From a virus, in the IMG/VR virus record IMGVR_UViG_3300020463_002440, positions 64,001-128,000 of that record: DNA of 64,000 nt, one strand, 5' to 3'. A program made the translations under genes and the position numbers. Positions 59,413 to 64,000 of the stretch are shown here, piece by piece. The stretch's first letter is position 1, and each line of letters begins with the position of its first letter. Under the pieces are notes generated by a model. The model had not been told where the DNA came from, ran no database searches, and worked only from the letters and a program-made list of their open reading frames with translations.

Positions 59413-61293
59413 TTAGCTCTCGAGTTTTAATGCGTCGATGGTACAAGTAACTGTACTGGTAGATCCAGAATTATTTTGTATTGCTACTGGAACTTCGGTT
59501 TCACTGTCGTCTAACCATCCGAAGATGGCAGGAGTAATTTTAAACTCCTGAGTACCTGCAGTTGTTGAAATAAATTCTGCAAGAACACCTGATCCATCTG
59601 CAGGATCTGTTCCTTGAGTCCTTCCTGCATCAGCAGTTCTTGAAGATGTATCAGAATATATTCTTACCCAACATTGCTTATCAACTGTAACTTTTTGTAA
59701 CGCAAACGATTTGCCTAATGTTGCATATGCAACTGAACCTGAAGCACCATCTGCAATTGACCCAGTTGTTTCTGCTTCTTGAACTCTTGCAGCTCCACCG
59801 CCACCTGAAGAAGGATCTGAAATTACAATATCACCAATCATATTTGAATGGGCTTGACACTTATACTTATAAGTACCGCTTATATTTCCTGGTACTTTCC
59901 AATATAATGTTCCTTCGTATTTAGCTTGTGCGTTTGTACCTGTTGTTTTAGTACCGTCGTTTGCATAATGAACAAGACCTGTATTATATTGAGTTGAACC
60001 ATTACCTTCTAAAATTAAGAATGGGTGTGATGATGTTGCACCGTTTAATTCAAATCCAACTGTTTGACCAGCTTGTACATATACTGTTGGGTTATCACCA
60101 GGAAGTTGATCCATTGTATATTTTGAACTGTCAGGAGCTACAACATAATAAGTCGTTACTGCAGTTGCAGCCATGTCGTGAATATCAAGATCGGCTGTAT
60201 CGACTTCAGTTAATGCGGCAAGAGTAGAAGAACCACCTCCACCAGTTGCATCTGCAACCCAAGCAAAATCAGAACCTGTCCAACTTAATATCTGATCTGC
60301 ACTTGCACTGCCTGTATTTAAATGAGTATCAACATCAGAGTTTGAATATTGCGTAATGTCGTTTGATAGTTGACCTGAAGAAGCAGATAATCCTGTTCCT
60401 GCGAGCATAGCAACAAAGTCTGTTACTGTTTCTTTCTTTGTATCACCTGAATCATCTGCATCAATAAATGCAATACTATCTGCAGTGACGTTGAGAATAG
60501 CCGAGTCAACACTATTTAAATTAACACTGTTTGAACCACCGCCGCCGCCTGATGCAGCGATTGTTATTGTATCACTTACAGAGTTAGCAGATAAAGTAAC
60601 ATTAGCACCTGCGACAAAATTTAATGTATCAGTACCTGATGCTTGAATGTTAACACCACCGACTGCGATAGTTGTAAACGAATCTCCACCGCCTCCGCCA
60701 CTTGCGGCAGCCCAAGTATAATCTGAACCATCCCATTGTAAGAATTCGTTAGTACTTGCACCTGAAACATTTAAATGAGTATCAACATCAGAGTTTGAAT
60801 AAGAGCTGTTAGAACCTCCGCCTCCGCCGCCGCCAGATACTTGAACCCAGCTGTAACTTCCGTTTGCACTTGTTCCAAGAACATAACCATCTACTTCACT
60901 ATTTAATATATTGGCCGAATATACAAATGAATTAAGTGGATCTGCATAACTTGGTATTGTACCTTCTGATGTATCAGCAAGTAATCTTCTCCAACCTGCA
61001 TGTGCGTAATACAAGGACCCAGTATTGTGGGCATGTCCTATTGATCCATGATAAGTACTTGCGTCTACCGCAAAGAGATCTGTATCTGTATCATATAAGA
61101 ATGAAATCTTATTTGCTTTTGATGGGTAATCAATATTACCGTTTACGTCAAATATTCCAATTGGATTAGTTGAACTACCTAAAGCAAGGTAGAGCTCATT
61201 AAAGTTATCGTTTGATTTATCAAATGCATTACGTAACGGATCACCTGTCCCGTCATTTGCGGATGCACCTATATTAATTGTTTGCTTGGCCAT
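59413..61293 (-). CDS. gp9/gp10-like baseplate/fibre connector protein with cupredoxin-like domain
   Basis: MAKQTINIGASANDGTGDPLRNAFDKSNDNFNELY gp9/gp10-type N-terminus; Gly-run linkers; SHPFLI...YKYKCQAHSNMIGDI. Confidence 0.78.
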   Translation of the reverse strand: MAKQTINIGASANDGTGDPLRNAFDKSNDNFNELYLALGSSTNPIGIFDVNGNIDYPSKANKISFLYDTDTDLFAVDASTYHGSIGHAHNTGSLYYAHAGWRRLLADTSEGTIPSYADPLNSFVYSANILNSEVDGYVLGTSANGSYSWVQVSGGGGGGGSNSSYSNSDVDTHLNVSGASTNEFLQWDGSDYTWAAASGGGGGDSFTTIAVGGVNIQASGTDTLNFVAGANVTLSANSVSDTITIAASGGGGGSNSVNLNSVDSAILNVTADSIAFIDADDSGDTKKETVTDFVAMLAGTGLSASSGQLSNDITQYSNSDVDTHLNTGSASADQILSWTGSDFAWVADATGGGGSSTLAALTEVDTADLDIHDMAATAVTTYYVVAPDSSKYTMDQLPGDNPTVYVQAGQTVGFELNGATSSHPFLILEGNGSTQYNTGLVHYANDGTKTTGTNAQAKYEGTLYWKVPGNISGTYKYKCQAHSNMIGDIVISDPSSGGGGAARVQEAETTGSIADGASGSVAYATLGKSFALQKVTVDKQCWVRIYSDTSSRTADAGRTQGTDPADGSGVLAEFISTTAGTQEFKITPAIFGWLDDSETEVPVAIQNNSGSTSTVTCTIDALKLES

Positions 61294-61322
61294 AGCGTTT
61301 TCCTAAAATATGTATTTTTTTA

Positions 61323-61330
61323 TATTTATT
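61323..61330 (-). promoter_or_regulatory. Putative late promoter AATAAATA
   Basis: Variant box between gp7 and the gp9/10-like gene. Confidence 0.55.
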
Positions 61331-61331
61331 A

Positions 61332-64000
61332 CTAATATGTTATACTATAATTATTTTCCAGGTATTTATTGATGAGGTTTCGATGGTCAGCAGAAGTTGT
61401 ATGTCCTACTGCATCGTTCAAAAATATAACATCTCCGTAGTCAACGAGGAACGAGCTCGTTCCATATGATGTACCGTTTGATTGGCTACCTGAAAATCCT
61501 TGTGCTTGAGCAAACGCAAATGCACTATTTGGAGCGCTCAAGTGAGTCATACCTGTAAAGTTAGCACCACCGTTATATGGAATTACTGTATCGTTTGTTC
61601 CATTGAATTGTACTATTTTTCTTTGAGGTATTGGGTTTTTAATTGTATCATATCCATCGTTAGCATATGCATTACCTGTAAGTTCTTCATCTGCTGGATA
61701 ATAGAAATAACCACCTCTGTATTGGTCGTCATTAGTTTGTGATCCTCCACATACAATAACATCAACTGCCGGGTCAGTTATTTCTACAGCAGCTCTTAGT
61801 GCAAGTGCTCCACCGTTTGAGAATCCTAAAATTCTAAACTTGGTTGTATCAACATTATTATAAAGTTTCAGTTTAGTAATTAAATCATTTAACATTTCAA
61901 TATCAGGACCGTTACTCGGCTCGTTTGAAATATTCCATGTATCATTATAACCGTCTACTGCAACTAATACGTGTCCTGGTAATACGGAAGTATATCCACT
62001 AATCATACCTGCACCATTACCACCTGCTCCGTGTAATAGAATAGCAACTGGATAAGGAGCTGATCCTGATGAAGGCATTTGTACTGTTACTTCATAATCA
62101 AAGAAGCCTTGGCTCCAATTTTTTGTTATGTTTAAATTTGAATTTGCACTTAAGGTCAGACCGCCCGTTCCACCAGGTTCGTGGTCAGCCGAAACAAATG
62201 TACTATCTGAAGTAAAGTTTGTAACTGATGCTCGTAATGTTGCTATATCAGCAAGGTCTAATGGCGAACCAACACCCTGATCATTAAACATTCTTAAGAA
62301 TCTTGGTTTAATTGTTGGACTTACTTCAGCTTTAAATATAAAGTCACCAAACAGTTTTGAACCTGCCATGTGAACATTTTCTTTTAATAAATCTTCGTAT
62401 TCTTGTAATGGTAAAGTTGATTTAATTTGATATGAATACTCTTGGAAGAAGTTACTATCTTGAATTCTTACTCCAGAATCATAATAATCTAATGTATTGT
62501 TTGCGCTGTCAATTGGTTTATAACCACTTAAATGCGAATTTTCACCAGCCCAGTAACCTGCTGTTATACCTTGAGTACTTGCTTGAATTACTCCTTGTAC
62601 TATAATTTCGTTATTTGCTCCTCTTAACTCGCCTATACCAGTTTCAAATGTTCCTTCGCCTGGTTCTACTTCAATTCCAGATTTTGTATAATCAACATAT
62701 CCGAATCCTGACTGTAATATAGCAACTTCTTCAACAACACCTGTGGCAAAGGAAGTATCAGTAGAAATAATAGCGTTCTCTCCAAATGCATCTGATTCAC
62801 TATAATCTCTTTCAACTGCTGAAACATTAAACACTTCAGTTGCTGTACCTTCAATAAAAATATTCTGTCCACTAAATCCGTAATAATCAAATGGAGTGAT
62901 TATAATATTTCCTGCGTCTGTATTTACATTTTTAACAAGACCTTTAATGCCTGAAGATTGTTCTTGTACTCGGTCTCCTATTGAAAAACTACCTGCATCA
63001 CCTGAATCTGTAAACACTATAACTTGATTCTTACGATCATATATTGTAAATGAATTATCTTCAGCAATTGCATATACATCATTTATATATTGACTTCCTG
63101 GATTAATATTATCAAATCCATCAATAGAACCAATAGTTAAACTTTGAATATCAAAAGCTTGATTGAGAGGAGTGTTAATATTAACAGGACTTGCTGTTCC
63201 TGACATTGGAGTACCTGCTCCGTAATCAGCCGCATTAAGGAAGACTCCTGTATATGGAGTTATGACATCGGCAATAACTAAAGCAGTAGATGTATCTGAA
63301 AGTGAAGATACTTTAACATCATCGACATCAGCCGTGTCTGGAAAAAGTTCTCCTGGTGAGGTATCGTTTCTTGCCGTTACTTGATTACCTCCAGTATTAA
63401 CTACAACTGAAAATTCGTTTCCACCTCTTTGTGTTGTTATAACACTTGAGACTGTAAATGCGTCTGCGTCTGAAGTTGCGTCTGACCCATCCATCTTGAA
63501 ACCAACGGAACTAAAGTTTTGTCCCATGACACGTCCTGAGTTACCTAATTGGTCTGCAACTGTTTCTCCTGGAACAAAACTTAAAAGCGCATTATCAAAA
63601 ATAAGAGATTGATTTGAAACTAATAGTCGAGTATTTTCTAGAGTATATCCATATCCTCCATCAGCTACTTTATATCTTATTCTTCCTGTTAAATCATTTG
63701 TTACTTTTGTTACAATTGCTTTACCGGCATAACCGTCTTTTTGTGCAATATCATACACATCTCCAATCTTTGCTCCTGTCGCATATTCAACTGGATAACT
63801 TGAACCACCTGCTTGTGTTAACTCTCCTGTTGTGTCGACAACAAATCCTGATAGTGATCCATTTACTGTACCAAATCCAATTGAGTCTCCGCTTATCTTT
63901 GTTATAACGCTTTCGTATTTTTCAAAGTTGCCTTTAATATTATCAAGATAAATGACTGGAGTTTTAATACCATTTAAGATAAAGAAGTTAACTGAACGAA
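61332..64000 (-). CDS. gp7: Baseplate wedge protein, gp7-like, with C-terminal alpha/beta-hydrolase (esterase) domain; 5' end beyond the window
   Basis: The frame is open from 63758 to the window edge (checked manually); IQDSNFFQEYSYQIKS...YEDLLKENVHMAGSKLFG is the motif of marine T4-like gp7; then LLHGAGGNG, GFSNGG, NGTNDTVIPYNGG, VGH. Confidence 0.75.
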   Translation of the reverse strand, partial: RSVNFFILNGIKTPVIYLDNIKGNFEKYESVITKISGDSIGFGTVNGSLSGFVVDTTGELTQAGGSSYPVEYATGAKIGDVYDIAQKDGYAGKAIVTKVTNDLTGRIRYKVADGGYGYTLENTRLLVSNQSLIFDNALLSFVPGETVADQLGNSGRVMGQNFSSVGFKMDGSDATSDADAFTVSSVITTQRGGNEFSVVVNTGGNQVTARNDTSPGELFPDTADVDDVKVSSLSDTSTALVIADVITPYTGVFLNAADYGAGTPMSGTASPVNINTPLNQAFDIQSLTIGSIDGFDNINPGSQYINDVYAIAEDNSFTIYDRKNQVIVFTDSGDAGSFSIGDRVQEQSSGIKGLVKNVNTDAGNIIITPFDYYGFSGQNIFIEGTATEVFNVSAVERDYSESDAFGENAIISTDTSFATGVVEEVAILQSGFGYVDYTKSGIEVEPGEGTFETGIGELRGANNEIIVQGVIQASTQGITAGYWAGENSHLSGYKPIDSANNTLDYYDSGVRIQDSNFFQEYSYQIKSTLPLQEYEDLLKENVHMAGSKLFGDFIFKAEVSPTIKPRFLRMFNDQGVGSPLDLADIATLRASVTNFTSDSTFVSADHEPGGTGGLTLSANSNLNITKNWSQGFFDYEVTVQMPSSGSAPYPVAILLHGAGGNGAGMISGYTSVLPGHVLVAVDGYNDTWNISNEPSNGPDIEMLNDLITKLKLYNNVDTTKFRILGFSNGGALALRAAVEITDPAVDVIVCGGSQTNDDQYRGGYFYYPADEELTGNAYANDGYDTIKNPIPQRKIVQFNGTNDTVIPYNGGANFTGMTHLSAPNSAFAFAQAQGFSGSQSNGTSYGTSSFLVDYGDVIFLNDAVGHTTSADHRNLINKYLENNYSITY

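Noticed and set aside
63756-63758. GTG at 63758 as the start of the gp7-like gene
   Set aside because: The frame stays open to the window edge, so the true start lies upstream
1-64000. tRNA/rRNA genes, introns, inteins, homing endonucleases
   Set aside because: Intergenic gaps are all short (at most about 140 bp); no cloverleaf, intein or endonuclease motifs were recognised by eye

Overview
AT-rich segment of a large T4-like myovirus genome, probably aquatic or marine; the host cannot be determined from this window. All credible genes are on the minus strand and form one late (virion) region. In transcription order (right to left): gp7-like baseplate wedge with a C-terminal esterase (5' end beyond the window), gp9/gp10-like protein with a cupredoxin-like domain, S8 protease with a cupredoxin-like insert, gp8, a DUF4815/VrlC-like baseplate protein, about 38 kb of large fibre/virion genes (413, 3755, 1669 collagen-like, 1357, 1143 and 3950 aa; three end in peptidase-S74 chaperone domains), small fibre-accessory genes, a sugar/surface-modification cluster, three 'MAIKV.G' paralogues, then gp13, gp14, gp15, a TagD-like cytidylyltransferase, gp16 and gp17 (truncated). 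T4-type late promoter boxes (nATAAATA) precede many genes. The most notable observation is in the 3755-aa protein (37028-48295): 11 helical repeats with an invariant C-x-R-D motif whose helix pattern resembles phycobiliprotein (globin-fold, bilin-binding) subunits, interleaved with nested Cys/His-rich beta domains. This suggests, as an untested hypothesis, a bilin-binding phage virion protein. All assignments come from reading motifs by eye; no searches were run.
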